45,785 bases of DNA from Candidatus Falkowbacteria bacterium RIFOXYD12_FULL_34_57 (GTDB lineage Bacteria; Patescibacteriota; Patescibacteriia; Patescibacteriales; UBA12075): NCBI GenBank assembly GCA_001780285.1, contig MFGN01000015.1:1-45785 (forward strand), written 5' to 3'. How positions within the stretch are numbered: the stretch's first letter is position 1; the number at the start of each line of letters is the position of its first letter. Below are positions 1 to 9,499 of this stretch, piece after piece. A program made the position numbers and the translations under genes. The notes under the pieces were generated by a model. It was not told the DNA's origin and searched no databases. It saw nothing but the letters and a program-made list of their open reading frames with translations.

Positions 1-1
1 A

Positions 2-93
2 TTCTGCCAAAACCATTGCAATATTTATATTTAAACCCCATTTGCATACTTATTGTCCTGCTTCGCAGTCCAATATGTATCTGAACTTATACA
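2..93. repeat. Left arm of a perfect 92-bp inverted repeat. Its reverse complement is identical to 45694-45785. The outer boundary runs off the window.
   Basis: Base-by-base reverse complement of 2-93 equals 45694-45785. The match ends on the inner side at 94 versus 45693 (mismatch). Confidence 0.9.
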
Positions 94-95
94 GA

Positions 96-127
96 CGGCA
101 GATCTTTTGTAGATCTGCCGTTTTTTT
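96..127 (+). terminator. Rho-independent terminator: 10-bp perfect stem cggcagatct/agatctgccg, loop tttgt, then T7.
   Basis: The hairpin plus T-run is read directly. In the minus orientation the T-tract is weaker. Confidence 0.6.
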
Positions 128-134
128 GAATTTT

Positions 135-1226
135 TTACTGATAGAGAAAAACCTCTATCTCAGCCGGGTGTGAACCGGTATATTCCCGAAATCCCAACAC
201 ACCTCCTTCCTGTAACGTTTTGCCCCACTCTGTAGTGAAAATATCTCCAGTTTTTCCGCTTCCGGTTATTTTAGCAACCTTACCGCTTTTCACTTTTACC
301 AAAACTCTCTCTCCTGGGGCAAAAGAATGTGTTGTAGATTTCAATTGCCCGGGATTCATGGTTATGTATTGAATAAGGACGGGTTTAAATTTATGCTGAC
401 CACCGCCGCCGTCAAAATTAAAGTACGGTAATCTCACCTTCCATCTCATCTTATCCCGAATCGCACTTTTCACGCTCTCAGGAGAATTAATGGTCAGATG
501 AGTAAGGATATTGCCGGTAGTATCACAGCGATATTCCTTGCCATCAGGCGGCTCATTAAAACTCAAGCGGTAAACGATTAAGTCATTATTTAGAGCTGCC
601 GACTCATACCAAACATCAGATACACCATAATGAAACAGCTTCGGCGACCGAAGTGATACCCCCCAGGAAATAGTTGTCAGAACAATAGCGCCGATAGTTA
701 TAAATGTAATAGCCTTTTTAGCGCCATAGATATCCGGATAATACTGCTGGGTTGGAAAATATAGGGCGCAGGTAACTATCGGAAATAAACCGGACAAAAG
801 CATTCTCAAAAATTCTACCGTGAATGTATTAAAATACATCCTTAAGATAAACGGCAGACACCAAAAACAGATATATCCCCATAAGCCATAGAGTCCCAGA
901 GCAAGCAATGCCCCCGAGAACTTCTGCAGACTAACCAGAGGATGATCCTTGGAAATCTCTACCTTTTTATCTCCGGCACTATTTTTCATTTTAATCAATG
1001 ACATGGATGATGTTGCATTCACAGCAAACCACCATCCTGCCCACACTACAAATCCGATAAATATCGGGATATTCAGCCATGGAAAAGATTTAAAATTCAT
1101 CCAACCGGTAATCCAATCCGGCCAAGGTATTTGCGGAAAAAATTTAACCGCCAAAGTAATGACAAAAAGCACGATTACCGCATTCCTGACCCACGCTCCG
1201 ATTCTTTGCATTATATTATTATTCAT
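135..1226 (-). CDS. Polytopic membrane protein of unknown function: N-terminal TM helices and a Gly/Lys-rich C-terminal soluble domain.
   Basis: 363-aa ORF with several hydrophobic segments and no recognised catalytic motif. It sits 4 bp from the upstream gene, so probably in an operon. Confidence 0.5.
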   Translation of the reverse strand: MNNNIMQRIGAWVRNAVIVLFVITLAVKFFPQIPWPDWITGWMNFKSFPWLNIPIFIGFVVWAGWWFAVNATSSMSLIKMKNSAGDKKVEISKDHPLVSLQKFSGALLALGLYGLWGYICFWCLPFILRMYFNTFTVEFLRMLLSGLFPIVTCALYFPTQQYYPDIYGAKKAITFITIGAIVLTTISWGVSLRSPKLFHYGVSDVWYESAALNNDLIVYRLSFNEPPDGKEYRCDTTGNILTHLTINSPESVKSAIRDKMRWKVRLPYFNFDGGGGQHKFKPVLIQYITMNPGQLKSTTHSFAPGERVLVKVKSGKVAKITGSGKTGDIFTTEWGKTLQEGGVLGFREYTGSHPAEIEVFLYQ

Positions 1227-1230
1227 ATTC

Positions 1231-2361
1231 TTATCCTTTATCTTTTAAATATTTTTTTGCAAAAGCATTGGCAAAAACAACTGCCGCCGACTTCCAGGTA
1301 CCGCCCTCAAAGCCCTCTTTTACTTTTTTGGCTTTGAGGCCCTCCATCTCCGCTTCCGCTTTACCAACAACCTTAATCGCTGCCGCCTTGCTCTCAACTG
1401 CTTCATCAATGTTAAAAATTTCAAACTGAGAAACTAGGGCGCCAACCCGGTGAAGATATTTATTAATATCTTCGCTGGCAGCTTTTTGAAATTCATCTTG
1501 TGAACTGTTAACTTTTAAAAATTTTTGTTTTCCGGTTAATGTCCTAAAAGCTGACATAGCAGACAGCGCCGCTTTCTTTTCTAGTGGTGGTAATTTTGAC
1601 CAATTTTCATCATTTGTAATTTTTGCTTCTTCAACGCTGATCGGATCAGGAACATTGTTAATCCTTTGAAACTTCATACCGTCAAATATTCGTATAGACA
1701 GTAACACTTCAGCATTAATCGGAGTACCGGTTTTGGTAAACATAGTCGGGCATTTTATGGTTATCAGCCTCTCTCTGGTATCTATTTTTTCCACCCAAAT
1801 AAAGGGCTTCAATACAAAATACCATCCGGGACCGATTTGTCCGCAGGGAATGCCGAATATATAAACCACCAATATGTACGGATAATCTACACTTATGGAC
1901 CCGGATATAATATGAGCAATGAAACCGGCTAAAAAAAGAAATCCCAGCCAATTATTACTCCACATATTAATCATCATCCATAGGGCCGCTAAAATACACG
2001 GAATACAAATCCAATTGAAATTAAACGCCATCTTCGGAGGTTCAATGGTATCCAAATCATCACATTCATAATCAGACAAAAAAGCTATTGCCCGATCGTT
2101 GTGATTTCTAAAAAATTTATTGACTACCCAGTATCCTGCCAGATAAATCAACAAACAAACAACGGGTAAATAGTTCATGTTCCAATATCCTTTCAAAAAA
2201 GTTTCATTCAACATTATCAACACACCCCAAACCATCAACAAAAAAGGAACTCCCACAACCGCCGCCAACACCCAAAACAAAGGTTTCTTTTTCATTTCAT
2301 CCCATGGCGCGGAAATAAAATCAGCAAGCCAATCCTTTAACCATACAAATAAAGCTTTCAT
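1231..2361 (-). CDS. Membrane protein with a C-terminal Ala/Glu/Lys-rich coiled region, possibly SPFH/band-7-like (weak).
   Basis: 376-aa ORF with N-terminal TM helices and a C-terminal segment ...EAVESKAAAIKVVGKAEAEMEGLKAKK... resembling band-7 family tails. Confidence 0.45.
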   Translation of the reverse strand: MKALFVWLKDWLADFISAPWDEMKKKPLFWVLAAVVGVPFLLMVWGVLIMLNETFLKGYWNMNYLPVVCLLIYLAGYWVVNKFFRNHNDRAIAFLSDYECDDLDTIEPPKMAFNFNWICIPCILAALWMMINMWSNNWLGFLFLAGFIAHIISGSISVDYPYILVVYIFGIPCGQIGPGWYFVLKPFIWVEKIDTRERLITIKCPTMFTKTGTPINAEVLLSIRIFDGMKFQRINNVPDPISVEEAKITNDENWSKLPPLEKKAALSAMSAFRTLTGKQKFLKVNSSQDEFQKAASEDINKYLHRVGALVSQFEIFNIDEAVESKAAAIKVVGKAEAEMEGLKAKKVKEGFEGGTWKSAAVVFANAFAKKYLKDKG

Positions 2362-2456
2362 GTTTTTTCTCCCTATATTTTTTATATTTATTTAGTTTTC
2401 AAAGTTCCAAATCCCCAATACTTTTATTAAAGATTACTAAAATTATAACATAAAAA

Positions 2457-2490
2457 TAACAAAAAGTCAATGGTAAACAAACCATTGACT
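2457..2490 (-). terminator. Terminator of the glgA-like gene: 9-bp stem agtcaatgg/ccattgact followed by a T-run on the minus strand.
   Basis: The hairpin lies directly downstream of the minus-strand stop at 2523. Confidence 0.5.
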
Positions 2491-2522
2491 AATATTAGCT
2501 ATTTTATATAAAAAATATCCTA

Positions 2523-3953
2523 TTACTTCTTCATCGCTTTTTTATACAATTTCACATATTCTTTTGCCGACTTTTTCCAAGAAAAATCCCTTTTCATGCC
2601 CGCAACCTGCATCTTGCGCCATTTTCCAGGATGATTACAAAAAATATCAATCGCTTCTTGCAAGCTATCAAACAACTCCTGCTTTGATATATCCTTAAAA
2701 ACAAAACCTACTTTACTGTCTACCGTATCAGCTAAACCTCCGGTAGCGCGCACCACCGGCACGCTGCCATAGCGCATGGCAATCATCTGCCCGAGACCGC
2801 AAGGCTCAAACCTGGAAGGCATGAGAAACATATCTGATCCGGCATAAATCTGCTGCGCCAACTCCAGATCAAACTTGATCTGCGCGCTGAATTTCCTGGG
2901 AAATTTTTTATTCAACCCCTTCAAATGTTCTTCATATTCATGTTTCCCTGTTCCCAAAAAAACGAATTGGCAGTCAAGATCACTCAATTTTTCCGTAATC
3001 AGCTCCAGCCCCTTCTGCCATACCAGGCGCGAAACAAGTCCAACTAACGGCCTATCCTTGTCTTGCGGCAATCCTAGTTTTTTTTGCAGAATCAATTTAT
3101 TTTTATATTTTTGTCCGAGAGAATTAATGGAATAATTCTTAAAAATAAATTTATCTTTAGCCGGATCAAAAAAATCAACATCAATTCCGTTTAATACACC
3201 ATAAAGATCTTTCTTTCTTTTTCTAACCTCCTTGTCCAAACCAGCGCCATAGGTGCTGGTCATAATCTCTTGAACATATTTTTCACTAACCGTATTCACG
3301 ATATCTGCGTTCAATATGCCCTGCATCATATAGTTAATATCTCCGTTTTTAGCATCCTCCGACAAGGTCTTTAATGAATTAACATGCAGGTTACCGGTGC
3401 TCAGAACTTCTATTTCCGACACCCCCTGATAATTTAGATTATGGATAGTAAAAACTGTTTTTATTCCCCGTAAAAATTCAAAATCAGTATTCTTTAAAAT
3501 ATCAGGAATCATGGCTGTGTGCGAATCCTGGCAATGTACTACATCCGGATTAAAACCAATAATCGGCAATATATAAAGAGAGGCGAAAGAAAAAAATAAA
3601 AATCTCTCGGAATTATCCCCGCGCGCATAAACAGTATTAAACTTAAAATATTCCGGCGCATCAATAAAATAAATCGGTACGCGCGTCCCGGGCAAAAAAG
3701 ATTCCCAAATATCCACCTTAATCAGACATCTGCCGGATGGAACCTCTAAATTCTCATAAATCTTTTTTAGTTTATATTTCTCCCTGTCTATAAGTCCGTA
3801 CAAAGGCATGATCAAGCGAATATCACAATTTAATTTTTTAAGCGCCGGCGGCAGGCTACCGGCCACATCGCCAAGGCCTCCCACCTTGGCAAAGGGGGCA
3901 ACTTCCGCTGACGGCATCCATATTTTAATTTTTTTAATTTTTATCCTTGACAT
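2523..3953 (-). CDS. glgA: Glycogen/starch synthase (GT5 family, GlgA-type).
   Basis: N-terminal SAEVAPFAKVGGLGDV matches the KxGGL ADP-glucose-binding signature of glycogen synthases. Length is ~476 aa. Confidence 0.8.
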   Translation of the reverse strand: MSRIKIKKIKIWMPSAEVAPFAKVGGLGDVAGSLPPALKKLNCDIRLIMPLYGLIDREKYKLKKIYENLEVPSGRCLIKVDIWESFLPGTRVPIYFIDAPEYFKFNTVYARGDNSERFLFFSFASLYILPIIGFNPDVVHCQDSHTAMIPDILKNTDFEFLRGIKTVFTIHNLNYQGVSEIEVLSTGNLHVNSLKTLSEDAKNGDINYMMQGILNADIVNTVSEKYVQEIMTSTYGAGLDKEVRKRKKDLYGVLNGIDVDFFDPAKDKFIFKNYSINSLGQKYKNKLILQKKLGLPQDKDRPLVGLVSRLVWQKGLELITEKLSDLDCQFVFLGTGKHEYEEHLKGLNKKFPRKFSAQIKFDLELAQQIYAGSDMFLMPSRFEPCGLGQMIAMRYGSVPVVRATGGLADTVDSKVGFVFKDISKQELFDSLQEAIDIFCNHPGKWRKMQVAGMKRDFSWKKSAKEYVKLYKKAMKK

Positions 3954-4013
3954 ATTATTATTTTTATATTAAAGTAATTTAATATTAATAAACTAAAATC
4001 AGGGGGGTATAGC

Positions 4014-4232
4014 TTGAGCAACACGCTAATAAAGATTCAAACAAGAACAAATAAAAAAACAGGAAAAACATTTAAACTAGGAAAAATTTTAGACCTAGAA
4101 ACCGAAGAAGTCTTATACACCGCCGAAGGGCCGACTCATGCCCATGTCAAAAGGGAATTAAGAAAATCAAATCTAATACCTACAAATGTTATAATCTCTA
4201 AAAAAGAAACGATATTTACCAAAAAAAACTAA
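4014..4232 (+). CDS. Small basic hypothetical protein (TTG start).
   Basis: 72-aa ORF preceded by the RBS aggggggt at 4001-4008. Confidence 0.35.
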   Translation: MSNTLIKIQTRTNKKTGKTFKLGKILDLETEEVLYTAEGPTHAHVKRELRKSNLIPTNVIISKKETIFTKKN

Positions 4233-4264
4233 AACAATACAAACACTATTTGCTAAAAATAGTG

Positions 4265-4825
4265 TTATTTTTTTTCTCCAATCCATTTTAAAATATCCAG
4301 CGGCAGAGAATCATCCGGCAACTCTCTGGTATTCACTATCAAATATGGCAGTTTACTCTTTTTCACTTCTTTTTTATATTCATTCTGCTGCCCCATGTAC
4401 CATTCAGGACTCTTCACAATATTCTTATAGTGGGGATATAAACTTAGTCTATCTTGTATTCTTTTTTCTATTAATTTTTTATCTTCCGGAAAAGTAACCA
4501 AAATATGCTTAAAATCCAAATCCTGAAGCTTCTTTTCCACTCCCTTATGAAAAATTTCCTGATTATTATGAAGCCGATGATAAATCTTGTCGGAAATGTT
4601 GAATTTTTCCACCATAATGTTATTATCCCGCAAGCTATGAAAAATATGCAAATATCCATCAATCACTCCGGCGCTGTTTCTGGTGCCGAAAACGCCATTA
4701 TCGGCATTAAACCAATGACAGCCATCCAAGACATAACTGGACTTATTATGTTTCGGCTCTAAATGATTATAAATCCGAGACATGAGCCAACTTTTTCCGG
4801 CCAGCTCAGCTCCTTCAAAAATCAA
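4265..4825 (-). CDS. P-loop NTPase, (d)NMP/thymidylate-kinase-like.
   Basis: N-terminal MIFEGAELAGKSW fits the Walker A GxxxxGKS signature and resembles the Tmk/dNK FEGxDGxGKST start. The rest diverges. Confidence 0.4.
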   Translation of the reverse strand: MIFEGAELAGKSWLMSRIYNHLEPKHNKSSYVLDGCHWFNADNGVFGTRNSAGVIDGYLHIFHSLRDNNIMVEKFNISDKIYHRLHNNQEIFHKGVEKKLQDLDFKHILVTFPEDKKLIEKRIQDRLSLYPHYKNIVKSPEWYMGQQNEYKKEVKKSKLPYLIVNTRELPDDSLPLDILKWIGEKK

Positions 4826-5046
4826 ATGATGCAGATATTTGGTTAAAAGTTAAAAGTCGAAAGTCGAAAGTTAACTTTTAAATTAAAAATTATATAAATG
4901 AAAAAAATACAAGGATAAAAGGATATAAGATACAAACAAATCAGAAGATACAAATTAGAAACTATTTGATTTTTTTAATTTTTAATTTAAAATTTGTTTG
5001 TTACTTGTGTCCTTATTAAAATATTCTTAAATCTTAAATCGTAAAT

Positions 5047-6240
5047 CTATATATCTACTTCTCCCTTTAAATAATGATAAGCAAGTAAAAATGTTCCGGC
5101 GTTCCAAGATTGCTTATCCATACCCATCGGCTTTCCGCTTTTACCATGAAACCATTCGTTAAAGCCCCAATCATTCACTTTGTTCACTTTTGCTAAATTA
5201 ACAAATTCTTCCTGCGCCAAGTCTTTTTTTCCCGCTTTAGCAAGGGCCATTACCCAAAAGGCGCCCACATAAGGCCAGATACCGCCGTTATGATAATGCC
5301 AAGGTTTATTTTCTTCCTCCATATAATCTTGCCACTCTTCATCTTTTTCTTTTATCGGTGGAAACAGAACCTGTACCGGAAATTTTTTATTTACGCCGTT
5401 ATTGCGCATATATCTGATAATTGCCTGGCTGCGCGCCTGATTAGCCACGCCGAACAAAATAGCGAGTAAGTTGCCATACACATCGCAATGACTACCGGCA
5501 TATTTGTGCCCGACATAATGAAGATAATACGGCATATTCTCCGTTTGTTCCTGAATAATTCGTAATTCTTTCAATCTATGAATCTCACGCAAAATATATT
5601 TTGACCTGTTTAGATCGGCGGTATGCGGCAAAAATAAATTATTAAGTCCGTCTAATACCAGCTCTCGTTTCCGGGAATAACCATAAAGAGACAAAACCAT
5701 TGACCATAAAACATTGGTATATAAAACTCGCCCGTTGTCCGGCATATTATCAGCCCAACCGCTAGCCTCTCCCTGCTCCAGCATCCCGCAATCATTTTGA
5801 TCCTGAAAACTCAGCCAACGCAAAGCCTTTTTTATCTTGATTTCATATTTTTCATAAAGAGTGCTGTCAAGAGAATATTTATTATAAAAATCTAAAGCAA
5901 TCAGCCACCAAAGAGTTGAATCTATACTCCCCAGATACCAAAAAATATTTTTTCCTATTGCGGGCTGGGTGGAAAAAGGAATTTGTCCTTTTGAAGTTTG
6001 ATGGGTTCCCAGTGTCTCCAGGCTGTCCTTGGCAATTCTTAAAAGTTTTTTATTTCGGCTTGCAATCATTCCCAGGGAGCAAATACAAGCATCGCGGCCA
6101 AAAATATAATCATAACGCTTATCTATTGCCCTCTTAGAATCCGCACATGCCTTGATGCCGTACTGATTAGAATTAGCAATTAATAGCTCAATAGATTTTT
6201 GATAACATTTTTTTATTAAATTTTGTTTAGTATCAAACAT
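5047..6240 (-). CDS. Six-hairpin (alpha/alpha)6 glycoside hydrolase, glycogen-debranching-enzyme-like or GH100-like.
   Basis: Motifs DCGMLEQGEASGWADNMP and WHYHNGGIWPY resemble the GDE_C/neutral-invertase catalytic regions. The glycogen-locus context supports the call. Confidence 0.5.
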   Translation of the reverse strand: MFDTKQNLIKKCYQKSIELLIANSNQYGIKACADSKRAIDKRYDYIFGRDACICSLGMIASRNKKLLRIAKDSLETLGTHQTSKGQIPFSTQPAIGKNIFWYLGSIDSTLWWLIALDFYNKYSLDSTLYEKYEIKIKKALRWLSFQDQNDCGMLEQGEASGWADNMPDNGRVLYTNVLWSMVLSLYGYSRKRELVLDGLNNLFLPHTADLNRSKYILREIHRLKELRIIQEQTENMPYYLHYVGHKYAGSHCDVYGNLLAILFGVANQARSQAIIRYMRNNGVNKKFPVQVLFPPIKEKDEEWQDYMEEENKPWHYHNGGIWPYVGAFWVMALAKAGKKDLAQEEFVNLAKVNKVNDWGFNEWFHGKSGKPMGMDKQSWNAGTFLLAYHYLKGEVDI

Positions 6241-6286
6241 TAAATATAAACTTTATAATATTAAAATGCTAGCATGTTAACATAAA

Positions 6287-7153
6287 TTATATTCCTATAA
6301 TTTTTTTAACTCCTATTAAATATTCTGAGTCAATTTTAAAATAATCCCATGATTTTTGAATAGGATACCTGCCGCCCTCAAATCGATGAAAATCCGATCC
6401 GCCGGTTTCTATCCAATTAAGTTCTCGAGCTAAAATCTGTATGTGCATTATTGCCCCCAGGGAATGATGGGGAGACAAAACTTCTACGCCGTCTATACCC
6501 ATTTTCTTTAATTCTATCCAAGCATCACGGTCTATGAATCCTTTTTTGGCTGGATGATTAAGTATTAAGACTCCTCCTATTTTTTTCTTTAATTTAACTA
6601 TTCGCTCAATGCTGATGTAGCTCTCTCTGAGTTTATTAAGTTTCTCATTATGAAAATATTCATGAATAACATCTCCCTCCCTTGGATGATGCATCTCTAA
6701 TTCTTTCTTAATTTTTTTTAAATTATGCGGAACAGCCATAATATCGTCAACAACATGGTTTATAGGAACATAGTGCGTGTACTGATCTAGAACTTTATTA
6801 ATTTTTATTTTAAACCCCAAATCAACCAGTTTTTCTAAAGACCACCTTATTCTTCTTCTTCTTCGTATTTGACTTTCACGAAGCATGTCATGCAGGCAAG
6901 GATTAAACTCATTAATGTTGTACCAAACCAAATTAATCCTTCGATTGCCAAATTTTGCATAAAGCTCTACACCAACAATTGGTTTGATGCCATATTTTTT
7001 ACACGCTATTTTAAACTCATTCACTCCGCCAACAGTATTGTGGTCGGTAATAGCAGCAACCCTTACTCCTTTTTTATTCATAAACTGAACAAGTTCGGTA
7101 GGAGTTAGATAACCATCGGAATATGTAGAGTGAAGCTGTAAATCAATTCTCAT
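6287..7153 (-). CDS. PHP-domain metal-dependent phosphoesterase.
   Basis: N-terminal IDLQLHSTYSDGYLTP...VAAITDHNTVGG is the canonical PHP (histidinol-phosphatase family) motif. Confidence 0.7.
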   Translation of the reverse strand: MRIDLQLHSTYSDGYLTPTELVQFMNKKGVRVAAITDHNTVGGVNEFKIACKKYGIKPIVGVELYAKFGNRRINLVWYNINEFNPCLHDMLRESQIRRRRRIRWSLEKLVDLGFKIKINKVLDQYTHYVPINHVVDDIMAVPHNLKKIKKELEMHHPREGDVIHEYFHNEKLNKLRESYISIERIVKLKKKIGGVLILNHPAKKGFIDRDAWIELKKMGIDGVEVLSPHHSLGAIMHIQILARELNWIETGGSDFHRFEGGRYPIQKSWDYFKIDSEYLIGVKKIIGI

Positions 7154-7158
7154 AAAAT

Positions 7159-8202
7159 TTAAATATTAAAATCATTAAATATTTTTTCAATAAGTGGTTT
7201 GGCTCTTTCCGGCTCTTCTATATCTTTTATTAAAAAATAAGTAATAGTGCGCATCATAGTCCAATAATAATAGTTGTTAATACGCTCCTTAACTGCATCA
7301 TCCATTTTTATATCAGGAACTAATTTAAAATACTTGTCTAAAAATATTTTTTTTATTTTCTCCGTAAACTCTGTGTCACCTATTTTTCGATTAGACATAT
7401 ACTCTAGTTGCTGCAGAAATGCTCCCAAATCGCGAGTAAAGTCGGATAAACAAAGATCTGTAAAATCAATAACGGCTATTTTTGTTTTACCCACCTTGAT
7501 AATATTTTCAGGGTGAGCATCTCCATGAACAAGCCAGCGTTTATCCGTAGAGTTTAAAAAATTATTTTCCTTTCCAATTAACCTATTATATATTTTCTCA
7601 TAAGCGTTAAAATATTCCGAGTGATCCCTTTTAATTCTGTGTAAAATATGTTTCACCCCGGGAAAAACTGTTTCTATTCTGCTGTTTTCTTTGTTAAAAT
7701 TTCTAGCCGAAGATATTGGTGTTTTATGAAGTTTTGCAAACCAAGCAGCGGCTTTTTGAGTCATGACTTCAACTGCCTCCCTGTCGCCTTCGCGAATATA
7801 GTAATATAAATTATTCCCCTCTACTCCTCGATAAAAAGTTCCTGAAAAATAATCAGAATAAAATAGTGGGTGTGGTATAGTTAAATATCCTCCGCCAAAA
7901 CCACTTTCCCATAAAAATTTCAAACTATCATATACATTTTTACGCGGTTCGTCGCTATGTGCCGAACAAAAAATAGGCAACTGTTTTATTTTTCCATCAT
8001 TTGTAATAAAATCGGTTTTAAATTCAACCACCACATGATAGGTGTTTTCCCAGATGTTTTTTTTATATGCATAGATATTTATTTTTTTTATACCCGCAAA
8101 ATCAGGATAAAGCGGCAATACCTCTTTTTCAAATAAATTTTTGACATAATTTTCATCAAAAAGTTGTAAAATCTTATTCATAATAATTAATTCAGGTAAC
8201 AA
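7159..8202 (-). CDS. APH-fold (aminoglycoside-phosphotransferase-like) kinase. It is a possible maltokinase-type sugar kinase given the context.
   Basis: Carries HGDAHPENII and IDFTDLCLSDFTRDLG (Brenner and DFG-like motifs of the APH/ePK-like fold). The sugar-kinase role is inference from neighbours. Confidence 0.5.
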   Translation of the reverse strand: MLPELIIMNKILQLFDENYVKNLFEKEVLPLYPDFAGIKKINIYAYKKNIWENTYHVVVEFKTDFITNDGKIKQLPIFCSAHSDEPRKNVYDSLKFLWESGFGGGYLTIPHPLFYSDYFSGTFYRGVEGNNLYYYIREGDREAVEVMTQKAAAWFAKLHKTPISSARNFNKENSRIETVFPGVKHILHRIKRDHSEYFNAYEKIYNRLIGKENNFLNSTDKRWLVHGDAHPENIIKVGKTKIAVIDFTDLCLSDFTRDLGAFLQQLEYMSNRKIGDTEFTEKIKKIFLDKYFKLVPDIKMDDAVKERINNYYYWTMMRTITYFLIKDIEEPERAKPLIEKIFNDFNI

Positions 8203-8279
8203 GTATCAAGAAACATGTAACATTTTTAAAAATAAAAAACTATTTAATGCTACCTGCTATCTGCTATGTATTGTTTATA

Positions 8280-9446
8280 TTATGTTTTTTTCCAATAATA
8301 AACCCAATGTTTTTGCCAAACCATTTTTTCTATTTCTACATATAATTTTTCAGCTTTAATTTTAGCATCTCTGGTATTTTCACCATCAAGCGTTCTAACT
8401 GCGCGTATTAATTCGTTTATACCCCTTTCAATCTCATCCGGACTCCAAGAAAGTGAACTAAAGGACCTGAAATCCCTGGCGCTTGCCCACCAAAAAGTAC
8501 AACTAGCCATTCCGCGAACCAGGTGCCAGCGCGCCCACCAGTAATTCAAATCTTTTTCATTTTCCTCAATGGTTTCATAAGCTAAACCTAATAATTTCCA
8601 AATTTTCTTATGGATGGTGTTTGTTTTTTCTTGCCACAGGTTAAATGGCTGCCCTTGGGAAAATTCTTTTTCGGTGGTTTCCCAGCTATGCGGCGCTGGA
8701 CTGATATCTAAAAACTCTTTTTGACTGTCTATAAACTCAGAAACGGTCATTGTTTTTAATTTTGAATTCTTTAATAATTTTTCAAATTCGGCAGTATGAT
8801 CAATGTATCTGAGTCCATAAAGCTCTCCATCGGTAGCGGAGATAATCTTTTCTTCTTCCCCCTTGATATTAATTAATTTGTTGATTGCATTGGGAACATA
8901 CTCTTTGGAAACAGCTCGGGAACGAAGCACTATTTTTATTCCGCTATTTCTATCTTTATAAACTTTTTCCGTATCCGCTTCCGCCAATTTTCCATTCCAA
9001 GCCATCTCATCCAGAATCAGCCACTCATATCCGGCTTTTTTTACAATTTTGGAAATATTATGACTATAAGCCATCTCCGGCAAGAAAAAACCACGCGGTT
9101 TAAAATTTTTTCCAAAATGCTTTTTTAACAATTCTTCATTTTCTTGAATTTGCCTATAAACCTCTTTCTTCGGAATTAGAGGAAGCAGCGGGTGATAACA
9201 AGCGGTTCCGGTTAAATCAATTTTTCCTTCTTCTATTAATTTTCCAATTCTGGAAATTAAATCCTGATACCCAAGTTCTTCCCAACGAATAAGCAAGCTG
9301 CCATTAATATTTACGGTAAATTTGATATCTGCATGCTCCTCCAGTGCCCTAATAATCCGCAAGTAGCTTTTTTCTGTTGCCTCTTTTATAATGCTAGCAT
9401 CAACATTAACCGGTTGATAAAAATGTAAAAAATTAATCCAAATCAT
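8280..9446 (-). CDS. GH57-family glycoside hydrolase (alpha-amylase/branching-enzyme family).
   Basis: N-terminal FLHFYQP and CYHPLLPL motifs are characteristic of GH57. Confidence 0.6.
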   Translation of the reverse strand: MIWINFLHFYQPVNVDASIIKEATEKSYLRIIRALEEHADIKFTVNINGSLLIRWEELGYQDLISRIGKLIEEGKIDLTGTACYHPLLPLIPKKEVYRQIQENEELLKKHFGKNFKPRGFFLPEMAYSHNISKIVKKAGYEWLILDEMAWNGKLAEADTEKVYKDRNSGIKIVLRSRAVSKEYVPNAINKLINIKGEEEKIISATDGELYGLRYIDHTAEFEKLLKNSKLKTMTVSEFIDSQKEFLDISPAPHSWETTEKEFSQGQPFNLWQEKTNTIHKKIWKLLGLAYETIEENEKDLNYWWARWHLVRGMASCTFWWASARDFRSFSSLSWSPDEIERGINELIRAVRTLDGENTRDAKIKAEKLYVEIEKMVWQKHWVYYWKKT

Positions 9447-9499
9447 ATTATTGTTAAATATTTAAATCCCAAACGAACACCTGAGACTAAAAGGCATAA

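Noticed and set aside
949-1337. Small plus-strand ORFs (949-1248, 1131-1337) and many other 60-130-aa ORFs nested antisense inside long CDSs (for example 1715-1951, 2875-3135, 4471-4762, 19443-19870, 25223-26140, 33067-33897, 35069-35368).
   Set aside because: They are fully embedded in longer, motif-supported genes on the opposite strand. AT-rich genomes produce such antisense ORFs by chance.
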